Numbered from the stretch's first letter, positions 1 through 9,809 are shown. The stretch is 32,000 bases of DNA from Vibrio alginolyticus NBRC 15630 = ATCC 17749 (GCF_000354175.2 NC_022349.1:1590001-1622000); one strand, 5' to 3'. Translations and numbers: made by a program. The notes: generated from the sequence alone by a model not told the origin.

Positions 1-156
1 AAACATATCTCTAAAAAGACAAAAGGTATCCATCTACGGACTTTCTCCATTTCCCCTCTTTAAACTCCCGAACACTCTCTTTATGATGACTGACAACTTA
101 ATTATTTCTTGTCAGTGAACAGACGAGACACAAGACTCAACACATGGAGATCAACT

Positions 157-1188
157 ATGGCTTTCTTCTCTCTAGCCTTTGGTACGGCAACTAAAAACCG
201 CGACGGCAAAATCATCGAAGCGTTTTTCCCAAACCCAGTTCTTAACCCAAGCGAAGCGCTTGTTAACGCACTAGCAGCAGTAGCAGGTTACGAGCAAGGC
301 AACCAAGCTATCGAGATCTCTGCGGCACAAAGTGCAGAACTTGCGGCAGCATTCGAAGCAAACGGCGATGCAGCAAACGCATCTTTCGCAGCAAAAGCAG
401 CAGAATCAGCACAACCACTTGTACTGGTTATCCTTGCAACTGACGAACAGCCACAAAGCGTTGCTGAAGGCTTCCTAAAGCTTCAACTTATCTCTAACCG
501 ACTAGTTCAACCACACGGCACGGTACTAGACGGTATCTTCGGTCTACTACACAACATCGCATGGACTAACGAAGGTCCAATCGACCTACCTGAACTAGCA
601 GAGCGTCAAATCGAAGCTCGCCTAGCGGGTCGTGCACTAAGCGTTGATTGCGTAGACAAGTTCCCTAAAATGGTGGACTACGTGGTACCAACTGGCGTTC
701 GTATCGCTGACACTTCTCGCGTACGTCTTGGCGCACACGTTGGCGAAGGCACAACGGTAATGCACGAAGGCTTCATCAACTTCAACGCGGGTACAACAGG
801 CGTGAGCATGGTTGAAGGTCGTATCTCTGCTGGCGTAGTGGTTGGTAATGGCTCTGACATCGGCGGCGGCGCATCTATCATGGGCACACTATCTGGCGGC
901 GGTAAAGTTGTGGTTTCTATCGGTGAAAACTCTCTACTAGGCGCGAACGCAGGTCTTGGCTTCCCAATGGGTGACCGTTGTACTATCGAATCAGGTCTGT
1001 ACGTAACTGCTGGTTCTAAAGTACGCATGCTAGATTCTGACGGTCAAGAAGTCGAAGTGGTGAAAGCACGCGATCTTGCTGGTGTTTCTGACCTACTGTT
1101 CCGTCGTAACTCTATAACAGGTCAAATCGAGTGTCTTGCAAACAAGAGCGCGGTTGAACTGAACAGCGAACTGCATAAAAACAACTAA
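157..1188 (+). CDS. dapD: 2,3,4,5-tetrahydropyridine-2,6-dicarboxylate N-succinyltransferase (long-form DapD)
   Basis: The ORF track begins at a TTG at 109. I prefer the ATG at 157 (MAFFSLAFGT...), which is preceded by GGAGA at 146-150. The C-terminal half is a left-handed beta-helix hexapeptide region (GVVVGNGSDIGGGASIMGTLSGGGKVVVSIGENSLLGANAGLG). The 343-aa length fits long-form DapD. Confidence 0.88.
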   Translation: MAFFSLAFGTATKNRDGKIIEAFFPNPVLNPSEALVNALAAVAGYEQGNQAIEISAAQSAELAAAFEANGDAANASFAAKAAESAQPLVLVILATDEQPQSVAEGFLKLQLISNRLVQPHGTVLDGIFGLLHNIAWTNEGPIDLPELAERQIEARLAGRALSVDCVDKFPKMVDYVVPTGVRIADTSRVRLGAHVGEGTTVMHEGFINFNAGTTGVSMVEGRISAGVVVGNGSDIGGGASIMGTLSGGGKVVVSIGENSLLGANAGLGFPMGDRCTIESGLYVTAGSKVRMLDSDGQEVEVVKARDLAGVSDLLFRRNSITGQIECLANKSAVELNSELHKNN

Positions 1189-1200
1189 TAAATAGTTAAG

Positions 1201-1237
1201 AAAAATCCCCCAGCAGGAAACTGTTGGGGGACTTTTT
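1201..1237. terminator. Bidirectional rho-independent terminator between dapD (+) and glpQ (-)
   Basis: An 11-bp stem pairs tcccccagcag (1206-1216) with ctgttggggga (1221-1231), with one G-U pair and a GAAA loop. An A-run lies upstream (1201-1205) and a T-run downstream (1233-1237). Confidence 0.75.
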
Positions 1238-1265
1238 AGCTTAAAGCAAAATGCGTGAGTGCTGA

Positions 1266-2321
1266 TTACTGATTTAAAAAGCTGACCGCTTTATCTGGGA
1301 AATCAGTAAACAAACCATCCACTTTTACTTGGTTGTAGTACACATCCATCATGCCTTCAAAGCTGTCAGTGTACGCTGGAATGCGTCCTGGATCGGCGCG
1401 GAACGTGTATGGATGCACTTGCAAGCCAGCGTCTTTTGCAGCCTTCATCAACGGCTTGATGATGATATTGTCTTTGGTTGACTTATCATCTACCAGCATC
1501 GGCTTCCAAGGTCCAATTCCTTCCGCGTAACTCGCTACTTTCTTCATTCCGTCGGCTTCGAACATCCAGTCATAACTGTATGGTGTTGCCTTGTCGCCTT
1601 TGTACACCATAGTTTCGTTCCAGTCCGTGTAAGCCATAAGCTGAACGAGCTTTAAGTCCATGTCCATTGTAGGCATGAGTTCACTGTTGATGCGTTGAAG
1701 TTCATTCGCATCAAAACACTGAAGGTAGACTTTGTCGTCTTGAGAGCCGTAACCGTACTGCTTCAAGACTTTAAGTACTGCTTTAGAAATGTCCTTACCT
1801 TCATGACGATGGAACCAAGGCGCTTTAATTTCTGGGTAAATACCGATGTCATAACCCAGCGTTTTGTTTAAGCCTTGGATCAGCTCAATCTCTTCAGCAA
1901 ACGTCGGCACGGTGAAATCAGATTTCCACATAGGGAATCGGGTTGGATAGCCCGCTACTTTGTTGCCTTTCTCATCGATGTTGAACCCTTCGGTAACTCG
2001 CAAGGATTTGATTTCCGCCAGAGTGAAATCAATCGCGTAATAACGACCATCTTTACGTGCACGATCAGGAAAACGCTCCGCAACATCCGTTACGCGATCG
2101 AGATAATGGTCATGCAACACGACCAACTGGTCGTCTTTCGTCATTACCACATCTTGCTCTATGTAGTCAGGTTTCATTGCGTAAGCAAGTGCTTTGGCTT
2201 CTAGCGTGTGCTCAGGCAAGTAGCCCGATGCGCCACGGTGCGCAATGACAAGCGGCTTCGCAATCGCACCAGCAGAGAGGCTAAGTGCTAAAAAAGTAAG
2301 ACATACTGACTTTGTTTTCAT
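1266..2321 (-). CDS. glpQ: Periplasmic glycerophosphodiester phosphodiesterase
   Basis: It has an N-terminal signal peptide (MKTKSVCLTFLALSLSAGAIA) followed by the GDPD hallmark VIAHRGASGYLPEHT and EQDVVMTKDDQLVVLHD. It lies immediately downstream of glpT, as in glpTQ operons. Confidence 0.9.
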   Translation of the reverse strand: MKTKSVCLTFLALSLSAGAIAKPLVIAHRGASGYLPEHTLEAKALAYAMKPDYIEQDVVMTKDDQLVVLHDHYLDRVTDVAERFPDRARKDGRYYAIDFTLAEIKSLRVTEGFNIDEKGNKVAGYPTRFPMWKSDFTVPTFAEEIELIQGLNKTLGYDIGIYPEIKAPWFHRHEGKDISKAVLKVLKQYGYGSQDDKVYLQCFDANELQRINSELMPTMDMDLKLVQLMAYTDWNETMVYKGDKATPYSYDWMFEADGMKKVASYAEGIGPWKPMLVDDKSTKDNIIIKPLMKAAKDAGLQVHPYTFRADPGRIPAYTDSFEGMMDVYYNQVKVDGLFTDFPDKAVSFLNQ

Positions 2322-2342
2322 TGTTATTTCCTTGATAAAGCG

Positions 2343-2367
2343 AAGAGGCAGTATTCCACTGCCTCTT
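2343..2367 (-). other. Intercistronic stem-loop between glpT and glpQ
   Basis: A perfect 10-bp stem pairs aagaggcagt (2343-2352) with actgcctctt (2358-2367) around a 5-nt loop. On the minus strand only a short TTT follows, so this is more likely a partial terminator or mRNA-stabilising hairpin than a full stop. Confidence 0.5.
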
Positions 2368-2377
2368 TAAATAAATA

Positions 2378-3742
2378 TTACGCTAGCGCTTCCTTCTCGC
2401 GCTCTTTTTGCTCGTGGTGCGCACGTTCACCTAAGAAGGCGTACATCAAACACACGATAGAAGTAATACAAGAACCCACTAAGATGATAAAGCCACCATC
2501 CCAGCCAAAGTGGTCTACGGTGTAGCCCAAAATCGCGTTTGCGGCAACTGCCCCACCCAGGTATCCAAACAAACCAGTAAGACCAGCGGCAGTACCTGCG
2601 GCTTTCTTCGGAGCGAGTTCAAGTGCGTACAAACCGATCAGCATAACCGGACCATAGATTAGGAAGCCAATTGCAATAAGCGCCATCATATCTACTGTTG
2701 GGTTGCCTGCAGGGTTAAACCAATAAACCATCACTGCAACTGTCACTAACACCATAAATAAGATACCAGCAGGTGCACGACGACCTTTGAACAATTTGTC
2801 AGAGATCCAACCACACAATAGTGTTCCTGGAATGCCAGCCCATTCGTATAAGAAATAAGCCCATGACGATTTATCTACCGAGAAATCCTTCGCTTCTTTT
2901 AGGTAAACAGGTGCCCAGTCCAGTACGCCGTAACGAATTAGGTAAACAAATGCGTTTGCAATTGCAATCGACCAAAGAAGTTTGTTGTTGAAGACGTATT
3001 TGAAGAAGATTTCCTTCGCTGTCATTTCTTGTTCATGGGACTTGTCATAGTCATCTGGGTAATCGTCTTTGTATTCTTCAATAGGAGGCAGACCACAAGA
3101 CTGAGGGGTATCGCGAACCGTCATCCAAACAAACACAGCAACTAACGTGGCGAAAAATGCAGGAACATAAAATGCAGTGCGCCAATCATCATTAAATGCC
3201 CACAGGCCAAGAATAAATAGTGGACCAATCAAACCGCCACCCACGTTGTGCGCCACGTTCCAAACCGAAACGATCTCACCACGCTCTTTACGTGACCACC
3301 AGTGCACCATGGTTCGGCCACAAGCAGGCCACCCCATCCCTTGGAACCAACCGTTTAAGAAAAGCAAAATGAACATCGCAGTGACGCTACCAGTCGCCCA
3401 TGGCATAAAGCCAAAGCAAAACATCACTAATGCAGACATCAATAGGCCGCCACTAAGGAAATAGCGAGGGTTGGAGCGGTCTGAAACGCTGCCCATTAGA
3501 AACTTAGAGAGACCATATGCAATGGAAACAGCTGCCAAGGCGACACCTAAGTCTCCGCGGCTAAAGCCTTGCTCGATAAGATAAGGCATCGCCAAACTGA
3601 AGTTTTTACGAACTAGATAGTAACCGGCGTAGCCAACAAAGATACCGATAAAGAGTTGCCAACGGAGGCGAGAGTAGGTGCTATCGATGCTGCCAGGGGA
3701 CAGACGATCAATGTGCGCCTTAGGTTTGAATATTCCAAACAT
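2378..3742 (-). CDS. glpT: Glycerol-3-phosphate:phosphate antiporter (MFS, organophosphate:Pi antiporter family)
   Basis: The sequence [14 protein letters not shown]...YRRLRWQ-like...[20 protein letters not shown] is typical of GlpT. About 12 TM segments are visible. I moved the start from 3799 to the ATG at 3742, because the 19-codon extension ([19 protein letters not shown]) overlaps a candidate operator and is not GlpT-like. Confidence 0.9.
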   Translation of the reverse strand: MFGIFKPKAHIDRLSPGSIDSTYSRLRWQLFIGIFVGYAGYYLVRKNFSLAMPYLIEQGFSRGDLGVALAAVSIAYGLSKFLMGSVSDRSNPRYFLSGGLLMSALVMFCFGFMPWATGSVTAMFILLFLNGWFQGMGWPACGRTMVHWWSRKERGEIVSVWNVAHNVGGGLIGPLFILGLWAFNDDWRTAFYVPAFFATLVAVFVWMTVRDTPQSCGLPPIEEYKDDYPDDYDKSHEQEMTAKEIFFKYVFNNKLLWSIAIANAFVYLIRYGVLDWAPVYLKEAKDFSVDKSSWAYFLYEWAGIPGTLLCGWISDKLFKGRRAPAGILFMVLVTVAVMVYWFNPAGNPTVDMMALIAIGFLIYGPVMLIGLYALELAPKKAAGTAAGLTGLFGYLGGAVAANAILGYTVDHFGWDGGFIILVGSCITSIVCLMYAFLGERAHHEQKEREKEALA

Positions 3743-3787
3743 AGGAACCTCATTATTTTGTATGCGATGGTAAAAACACAAAAGGAG

Positions 3788-3815
3788 CGAACGAAACAAA
3801 ATAAATCTTCGTTCG
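3788..3815. promoter_or_regulatory. Candidate GlpR operator (inverted repeat) in the glpT promoter
   Basis: cgaacgaa (3788-3795) and ttcgttcg (3808-3815) form a perfect 8-bp inverted repeat with a 12-nt spacer, 46-73 nt upstream of the glpT ATG. The TTCG core resembles the E. coli GlpR half-site (TGTTCGAT). Confidence 0.4.
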
Positions 3816-3852
3816 AAAGTTCATGAATTGTATGGAGTTAGGATTTTATTTC

Positions 3853-3868
3853 TGTGACAAATGTTGCA
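3853..3868. promoter_or_regulatory. Candidate CRP site upstream of glpT
   Basis: The sequence is TGTGAcaaatgTTGCA against the consensus TGTGA-N6-TCACA. The left half is perfect and the right half matches 3 of 5. glpT is CRP-dependent in E. coli. Confidence 0.3.
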
Positions 3869-3987
3869 CATGGATTAAATATAAGTAAATACAGTAAATT
3901 ATATGAGCATTAATTAGATCATCGTTCAACTTTACTCAAGATTCGTTAATATTAAACTGATGTTCAAACCTCTCACTTGAGCATTCC

Positions 3988-4019
3988 AATTCGAAACCTT
4001 TGAAACAAAGGCTCGAATT
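3988..4019. promoter_or_regulatory. Long imperfect palindrome carrying AATTCGA motifs (candidate GlpR site or RNA hairpin)
   Basis: aattcgaaacctttg (3988-4002), an aaa loop, then caaaggctcgaatt (4006-4019). This gives a stem of about 14 bp with one bulge. The outer arms AATTCGA / TCGAATT recur at 7162-7192 upstream of glpR. Confidence 0.35.
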
Positions 4020-4535
4020 AGAACATAAACTAACCGTAAAAAGGGCGATTTACGCCTGCCCTACTCGCTCCGAACCAACTAATAACTAAAAAGCTGAAAA
4101 ACGATCACGTTTAGCATCAAACGAAATAAAAAAAACAATTTTTATTTGAATACAAGCCGAAGCAATGATTCACAAACACAAGACATTAACAGCGTTTATT
4201 CTCTTATCAACTCATCCTATTGGTACCAATGGGATGACGATTTTTTCTAAAAGTCCAAACATGACAGCGTATTTTTTATATCACTGCTATCCCTTGATAC
4301 ATTTGACATTCCGCTACTCCTTTAGGGTTAATTGCTACACAAGTTCTGTGCAATAAGTCTCCAAGCACGTAGCAGCTTCACAAAACTCCTCTTACCAGTT
4401 GTGCATTCTTTTTCACATCGGTAATTTGAGCGCTCTCATCACTGGCCTCGTGACAAATAAATTATTTTCGTTGTGTTCTTTTCCGGTTAAAAGATGCGCC
4501 ATTTAACAAAAACGAAGACTTTGATTAACAAATTT

Positions 4536-4580
4536 ATGCTCAAACGCTCATTTTTAACGCTCGTTTGTTTTCGCAAACGT
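4536..4580. promoter_or_regulatory. Candidate tandem GlpR operators in the glpFK promoter
   Basis: The sequence atgctcaaacgctcatttttaacgctcgtttgttttcgcaaacg holds repeated (A)ACGCTC / TTCGC half-site-like units 60-100 nt upstream of the glpF ATG. The same ATGCTCG / AACGCTCA words occur upstream of glpD. Confidence 0.4.
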
Positions 4581-4638
4581 TTATATATGCACAATAGTAT
4601 CGTGCTAGACAGGCAAAAATGATCAAAGGACTTTTAAC

Positions 4639-5493
4639 ATGACAACGAACAAACACCCCTCTCTGCTCGGAGAATGTTTGGCCGAGTTTATCGGTACAGG
4701 ACTACTTATTTTCTTCGGCGTAGGCTGTGTTGCAGCCTTAGTTCTAACAGGCGCATCATTTGGACAATGGGAAATCAGTATTGTATGGGGCTTCGGTGTC
4801 GCCATCGCTATTTACTGTACGGCTGGCGTCTCTGGTGCACACATCAACCCTGCCGTTACCATCGCACTTGCTATGTTCCATGGTTTTGATAAGGCGAAAG
4901 TGGTGCCATACATTATCGCTCAAATGCTTGGGGCATTCTGTTCTGCTGCATTGGTATACAGCTTATACAGCAACCTTTTCACCGACTACGAAATCGCTCA
5001 TAACTTCGTTCGCAGCAGCCAAGATGCACTAGCAACTGCTGGTATCTTCTCAACCTATCCGCATGCCTCCCTCTCTTTCTTTGGTGCTTTTGCTGTGGAA
5101 TTCGTTATCACTGCTGTGCTGATGTTTGCGATTCTGGCTCTGGGCGATGAAAATAACGGCGCGGCACGTGGCGCAATGAACCCTCTATTAATCGGTATTT
5201 TGATTGCCGTCATCGGTGGTTCACTTGGTCCACTAACAGGCTTTGCGATGAACCCTGCTCGTGACTTTGGACCAAAGCTGTTCGCTTACTTCGCAGGTTG
5301 GGATTACGCTCTGACAGGTGCTAAAGACATTCCTTACTTTATCGTGCCTTTACTTGCTCCGATTGCAGGTGCGTGTTTTGGTGGTTGGTTGTATCCAAAA
5401 GCGATTGCCGCTTACCTTCCACAACAAGGCCACGGTTGTACGATTCCAAACCAATGTGAGACGGAAGAAGAAACAGAAGAAGCTAGAGCTTAA
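4639..5493 (+). CDS. glpF: Glycerol uptake facilitator (aquaglyceroporin, MIP family)
   Basis: It has two NPA boxes (SGAHINPAVT and GFAMNPARDFGPK) and six TM segments, and it is followed by glpK. Confidence 0.93.
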   Translation: MTTNKHPSLLGECLAEFIGTGLLIFFGVGCVAALVLTGASFGQWEISIVWGFGVAIAIYCTAGVSGAHINPAVTIALAMFHGFDKAKVVPYIIAQMLGAFCSAALVYSLYSNLFTDYEIAHNFVRSSQDALATAGIFSTYPHASLSFFGAFAVEFVITAVLMFAILALGDENNGAARGAMNPLLIGILIAVIGGSLGPLTGFAMNPARDFGPKLFAYFAGWDYALTGAKDIPYFIVPLLAPIAGACFGGWLYPKAIAAYLPQQGHGCTIPNQCETEEETEEARA

Positions 5494-5552
5494 AACTGAC
5501 GTAACTCGAACATTTACTAAAATATAAATAACGAAACAAAAGGATTCTTACC

Positions 5553-7070
5553 ATGACTGAGCAAAAATACATTGTTGCCCTAGACCAAGGTACAACAAGC
5601 TCTCGCGCAGTGATTCTTGATCATGATGCGAACATCGTAAGCGTCGCGCAACGCGAATTTACTCAGATTTATCCAGAAGCTGGTTGGGTTGAACATGATC
5701 CAATGGAGATCTGGGCAACACAAAGCTCTACCTTAGTAGAAGCTCTAGCTAAGTCTGGCATCCGTAGCGACCAATTAGCGGCTATCGGTATTACTAACCA
5801 GCGTGAAACGACCATCGTCTGGAATAAAGAAACAGGTAAACCCGTTTACAATGCGATCGTATGGCAATGTCGCCGTACTGCTGATATCTGTGAAGATTTA
5901 AAAGCACGCGGTCTCGAAAACTATGTACGTGACAACACTGGTTTGGTGCTTGACCCTTACTTCTCCGGTACCAAAGTTAAATGGATTCTGGACAATGTTG
6001 AAGGCGCACGAGAAGACGCAGAAGCAGGCAAGCTTTTGTTTGGTACTGTCGATACTTGGTTAGTTTGGAAGATGACTCAAGGTCGCGTTCACGTAACCGA
6101 CTACACTAACGCATCGCGTACCATGCTGTTTAACATCAACGATCTATGTTGGGATCAAAAAATGTTAGATGAGCTTGGCATCCCAGCATCTATGATGCCA
6201 GAAGTGAAGCGCTCATCGGAAATTTACGGTAAAACCAACATCGGTGGTAAAGGCGGTACTCGTATTCCTATTTCTGGAATCGCAGGTGACCAACAAGCGG
6301 CGCTTTACGGCCAAATGTGTGTTGAAGCGGGTCAAGCGAAAAACACTTACGGTACGGGTTGTTTCTTGCTAATGAATACTGGCCAAGAAAAAGTCACTTC
6401 GACACATGGCCTTCTAACTACTTTGGCTTGTGGTCCTGCAGGCGAACCAGCTTATGCACTTGAAGGCGCCGTATTCATGGGTGGAGCTTCTATCCAATGG
6501 CTACGCGATGAATTAAAAATCCTAAACGGTGCAGAAGACTCTGAATACTTCGCGACAAAAGTGGATACATCAAACGGCGTTTATGTCGTGCCTGCATTTA
6601 CTGGTTTAGGCGCACCATACTGGGATGCCTACGCACGTGGCACGATTGTCGGCCTTACTCGCGGCGTGAATTCAAACCATATCATCCGTGCAACATTGGA
6701 AGGCATCGCTTATCAAACTCGTGACGTACTGGATGCGATGCAAGCTGACTCAGGCATTAAGCTTGCGAACCTTCGCGTCGATGGTGGTGCAGTAGCGAAC
6801 AACTTCCTCATGCAATTCCAATCCGATGTATTGAACACAGAAGTACACCGCCCTCAAGTAACTGAGGTTACCGCTCTTGGTGCAGCCTACCTTGCCGGCC
6901 TTGCCGTTGGTTACTGGGATAGCATTGATGAGTTGCAGAATAAAGCGGTACTTGATCGCACCTTTGAGCCACACGATGATGAAGAAAAACGCAATCGTCG
7001 TTACAAGGGCTGGAAACGTGCAGTGAAATGTGCACAAACCTGGTCTGAACTTCACGACGAAGAAGATTAA
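5553..7070 (+). CDS. glpK: Glycerol kinase
   Basis: It carries FGGY-kinase signatures ([39 protein letters not shown]). It is 505 aa with an RBS aaaagga upstream. Confidence 0.95.
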   Translation: MTEQKYIVALDQGTTSSRAVILDHDANIVSVAQREFTQIYPEAGWVEHDPMEIWATQSSTLVEALAKSGIRSDQLAAIGITNQRETTIVWNKETGKPVYNAIVWQCRRTADICEDLKARGLENYVRDNTGLVLDPYFSGTKVKWILDNVEGAREDAEAGKLLFGTVDTWLVWKMTQGRVHVTDYTNASRTMLFNINDLCWDQKMLDELGIPASMMPEVKRSSEIYGKTNIGGKGGTRIPISGIAGDQQAALYGQMCVEAGQAKNTYGTGCFLLMNTGQEKVTSTHGLLTTLACGPAGEPAYALEGAVFMGGASIQWLRDELKILNGAEDSEYFATKVDTSNGVYVVPAFTGLGAPYWDAYARGTIVGLTRGVNSNHIIRATLEGIAYQTRDVLDAMQADSGIKLANLRVDGGAVANNFLMQFQSDVLNTEVHRPQVTEVTALGAAYLAGLAVGYWDSIDELQNKAVLDRTFEPHDDEEKRNRRYKGWKRAVKCAQTWSELHDEED

Positions 7071-7090
7071 TCTCATCTCCATAAGAAAAA

Positions 7091-7116
7091 AAGAGCGCCA
7101 TTTGTGCGCTCTTTTT
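7091..7116 (+). terminator. Rho-independent terminator after glpK
   Basis: The stem pairs aagagcgc (7091-7098) with gcgctctt (7106-7113). The T-run continues to 7116. Confidence 0.75.
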
Positions 7117-7161
7117 GCGCTTTATCCCCGATTCCTGAACTCGCTTACTTCTCACAACGAG

Positions 7162-7192
7162 CAAATTCGAGCACAATAGAGCTTCGAATTTG
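7162..7192. promoter_or_regulatory. Candidate autoregulatory GlpR operator upstream of glpR
   Basis: caaattcgagc (7162-7172) and gcttcgaatttg (7181-7192) form an inverted repeat with a 1-nt indel. It shares the AATTCGA word with 3988-4019 and lies 38-68 nt upstream of the glpR GTG. Confidence 0.4.
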
Positions 7193-7229
7193 AAGCATTG
7201 GCCGTTACCAATGCACAAGGGAGTGGTAA

Positions 7230-8021
7230 GTGAAGCAAATACCTCGACACCAGCAGATTGTTGAGCTGGTGAAAAAACAAGGCTATGTCAGCACGGATGA
7301 GTTGGTAGAAAGATTCAATGTCAGCCCACAAACCATCCGACGCGATCTCAATGAACTCGCCGATGACAACAAAATTCGTCGTTATCACGGTGGAGCCACT
7401 ATTCCTCTCAGTTCTGAAAACACATCTTACAACACGCGTAAAGCGCTCAACTTCAATGAAAAAGATGTCATTGCAGACGAGGTAGTCAAACACATTCCAG
7501 ATGGTGCCACACTATTCATCGATATTGGCACTACACCAGAAGCAGTTGCGCGAGCGCTCAATAAAAACCATAAACAGTTGCGTGTTGTCACCAACAACAT
7601 CAATGTTGCGACCATTCTTTTCCCTAACCCTGAAATCAAAGTCATCTTAGCGGGTGGAGAAGTCCGCAGCAGAGACGGCGGTATTGTTGGCGAGGCTACC
7701 CTCGATTTCGTTAAACAGTTCCGTCTCGACTTTGGTATTCTCGGCATTAGCGGTATCGACTTCGATGGCTCGCTATTAGACTTTGATTACCACGAAGTCC
7801 GGGTCAAACAAGCGATCATTGACAATAGCCGTAGTGTATTTCTTGCCGTAGACCACACCAAGTTCGGGCGCAATGCTATGGTGAAACTAGGCAATATTGC
7901 ACAGCTCAACATGATCTTTACCAATAAGCAGCCACCAGAAGAAATCTTGTCAATTTTGAAGGAAGCTTCTATCCCACTTGAAGTGGTTGAAGCTAACGAA
8001 TCAAACTCCGAAAACGAGTAA
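7230..8021 (+). CDS. glpR: DeoR-family repressor of the glycerol-3-phosphate regulon
   Basis: The GTG start is preceded by aagggag. It has an N-terminal DeoR HTH (RHQQIVELVKKQGYVSTDELVERFNVSPQTIRRDLNELA) and a C-terminal sugar-phosphate-binding domain. It is embedded between glpK and glpD. Confidence 0.85.
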   Translation: MKQIPRHQQIVELVKKQGYVSTDELVERFNVSPQTIRRDLNELADDNKIRRYHGGATIPLSSENTSYNTRKALNFNEKDVIADEVVKHIPDGATLFIDIGTTPEAVARALNKNHKQLRVVTNNINVATILFPNPEIKVILAGGEVRSRDGGIVGEATLDFVKQFRLDFGILGISGIDFDGSLLDFDYHEVRVKQAIIDNSRSVFLAVDHTKFGRNAMVKLGNIAQLNMIFTNKQPPEEILSILKEASIPLEVVEANESNSENE

Positions 8022-8050
8022 CGTCAATCGTATAACTCCCCCTCAAATGA

Positions 8051-8081
8051 CCTCTGTCTTAATTAGACAGAGGTTTTTTTT
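8051..8081 (+). terminator. Rho-independent terminator after glpR
   Basis: The stem pairs cctctgtct (8051-8059) with agacagagg (8065-8073), followed by eight T residues (8074-8081). Confidence 0.85.
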
Positions 8082-8096
8082 GTGTCTAAATCACAC

Positions 8097-8180
8097 AAAA
8101 CGCTCACAAACGAAAATAATAGATGATCACAAACGAAACCTGAGCTAGGATTACATTATGTTCTAAAATGCTCGTTCGCT
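8097..8180. promoter_or_regulatory. Candidate GlpR operator cluster in the glpD promoter
   Basis: The region holds aaacgctcacaaacgaaaat, gatcacaaacgaaacc and tatgttctaaaatgctcgttcgc. These contain ATG(T/C)TC and ACGAAA words related to the E. coli GlpR half-site. The last block ends 19 nt before the glpD ATG. Confidence 0.4.
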
Positions 8181-8198
8181 CACCAAGAGGTCAAATTT

Positions 8199-9758
8199 AT
8201 GAGTATACAAAATAATGCTTCCACTACTAGCTCATCCACTACCTTAGACTTGATCGTAATCGGTGGCGGCATTAACGGAGCTGGTATTGCAGCAGACGCA
8301 GCTGGCCGAGGTTTGAGTGTTGGCTTATATGAAGCACATGACTTCGCATCTGCGACTTCTTCAGCAAGTTCTAAACTGATACACGGCGGTTTACGCTACC
8401 TTGAACACTACGAGTTTCGTTTAGTTTCGGAAGCGCTCGCAGAGCGTGAGGTTATTCTTCGTAAAGCACCACACGTCGCATTACCAATGCGTTTCCGTTT
8501 ACCGCATCGCCCATTCCTACGCCCAGCTTGGATGATTCGTTGTGGCCTTTTCCTTTACGATAACTTGGGTAAACGTACGACGCTGCAAGGCAGTAAAACC
8601 GTCAACCTTGCGAAATCTGGCTTGCTAAAACCAGAGATGAAAACGGGTTTCGAATACTCTGACTGTTGGGTTGATGATGCACGTTTAGTATTACTGAACG
8701 TTCTTGCGGCTCGCGAAAACCATGCTGAAGTGCGTAACTACTGCCGCGTGGAAAAAGCACACCGTGAAGGTGGTATCTGGCATGTTACTATTCACGATGT
8801 GATGACAGACCAACGTTTCGAACGTAAAGCGAAAGCGTTAGTCAATGCTGCGGGGCCTTGGGTAAAACAGTTCTTTGATGATGGATTAGAGCAAGCCTCT
8901 CCTCGTAACATTCGCTTAATCAAAGGCTCGCACATCGTTGTTCCTCGTATCCACAACGAACCGCAAGCCTACATTCTTCAAAACAAAGACAATCGCATCG
9001 TATTTATGATTCCTTACTTAGATAAGTTCTCAATCATTGGTACAACAGATGTGGAATACAAAGGTGACCCACGTGAAGTGTCGATCTCAGATGACGAAGT
9101 CGATTACCTCATTGATATCGTAAACCAACACTTTGTCCACCAGTTGACTCGCGAAGATGTAGTTTGGACATACAGCGGTGTTCGTCCTTTATGTGACGAT
9201 GAATCTGACTCTCCGCAAGCAATCACACGAGACTACACGCTAGAGCTCGATGCGGAATACGACCATGCACCTCTGCTTTCTGTTTTTGGTGGTAAGTTAA
9301 CGACCTACCGTAAGTTAGGTGAAGCAGCAATGAAGAAACTTGCTCCGTTCCTACCTGAAATGGGTAAAGACTGGACGGCCAACCAAACCCTTCCTGGTGG
9401 TAACTTCAGCTGTAGTCGTGAACAATTAGCGAAACAAATTCATGCTAAATACACTTGGGCGCCAGAAGCATTGATTCTTCGTTATGTCACTCAGTTTGGT
9501 ACCCAAACGTGGAACTTAATGGAAGGTACAACAAGTGAAGCTGACTTAGGACAAACGTTCTCGACACAAGCCGGTGGTGTTTACCAACGTGAGATCGATT
9601 ACTTAATGAACCATGAAATGGCAATGACCGATGAAGACATTTTATGGCGCCGTACTAAGCTTGGTCTTTACATGAACGAGGAAGAAAAACAGGCCTTAAC
9701 GGACTATTTAAAGAAAAAGCTACAACAGAAAGTGGTTAATCTTTCTCAAGTTGGCTAA
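8199..9758 (+). CDS. glpD: Aerobic glycerol-3-phosphate dehydrogenase (FAD-dependent)
   Basis: It has an N-terminal FAD Rossmann motif (DLIVIGGGINGAGIAADAAGRG) and SSASSKLIHGGLRYLE. It is 519 aa. Confidence 0.93.
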   Translation: MSIQNNASTTSSSTTLDLIVIGGGINGAGIAADAAGRGLSVGLYEAHDFASATSSASSKLIHGGLRYLEHYEFRLVSEALAEREVILRKAPHVALPMRFRLPHRPFLRPAWMIRCGLFLYDNLGKRTTLQGSKTVNLAKSGLLKPEMKTGFEYSDCWVDDARLVLLNVLAARENHAEVRNYCRVEKAHREGGIWHVTIHDVMTDQRFERKAKALVNAAGPWVKQFFDDGLEQASPRNIRLIKGSHIVVPRIHNEPQAYILQNKDNRIVFMIPYLDKFSIIGTTDVEYKGDPREVSISDDEVDYLIDIVNQHFVHQLTREDVVWTYSGVRPLCDDESDSPQAITRDYTLELDAEYDHAPLLSVFGGKLTTYRKLGEAAMKKLAPFLPEMGKDWTANQTLPGGNFSCSREQLAKQIHAKYTWAPEALILRYVTQFGTQTWNLMEGTTSEADLGQTFSTQAGGVYQREIDYLMNHEMAMTDEDILWRRTKLGLYMNEEEKQALTDYLKKKLQQKVVNLSQVG

Positions 9759-9784
9759 CAGCTCCCCTCCCTCCCCCCACAATA

Positions 9785-9809
9785 AAGCCTGCTTAGTTGC
9801 AGGCTTTTT
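9785..9809 (+). terminator. Rho-independent terminator after glpD
   Basis: The stem pairs aagcctgc (9785-9792) with gcaggctt (9799-9806), followed by T-rich sequence. Confidence 0.75.

Noticed and set aside
89-116. 8-bp inverted repeat ACTGACAA-N12-TTGTCAGT upstream of dapD
   Set aside because: The arms are short, I can match it to no known dapD regulator motif, and it overlaps the likely promoter or leader. I noted it but cannot support it as a feature.
109-156. TTG-initiated 16-codon N-terminal extension of dapD in the ORF track
   Set aside because: The ATG at 157 has a GGAGA RBS and gives the expected MAFFSL... N-terminus. The extension (MSVNRRDTRLNTWRST) looks non-coding.
678-3464. Antisense and alternate-frame ORFs inside dapD, glpQ and glpT (678-1028 minus, 1875-2204 plus, 2057-2248 plus, 3177-3464 plus)
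   Set aside because: All are fully nested in well-supported genes. They have skewed Pro/Arg/Ser-rich composition, no RBS and no recognisable domain.
3743-3799. 19-codon N-terminal extension of glpT in the ORF track
   Set aside because: The extension overlaps the candidate operator at 3788-3815 and is not GlpT-like. The ATG at 3742 yields the canonical MFGIFKP start.
4165-4356. 63-aa ORF in the glpT-glpF spacer
   Set aside because: It has no RBS, an odd composition (His/Tyr/Phe/Cys-rich) and no signal or TM logic. It is probably a chance ORF in AT-rich DNA, and I list it only as part of the long-spacer finding.
8081-8097. CRP-like palindrome TGTGTctaaatCACACA upstream of glpD
   Set aside because: The half-sites fit TGTGA/TCACA only with a 5-nt spacer instead of 6, and the sequence abuts the glpR terminator T-run. 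This is too ambiguous to call.
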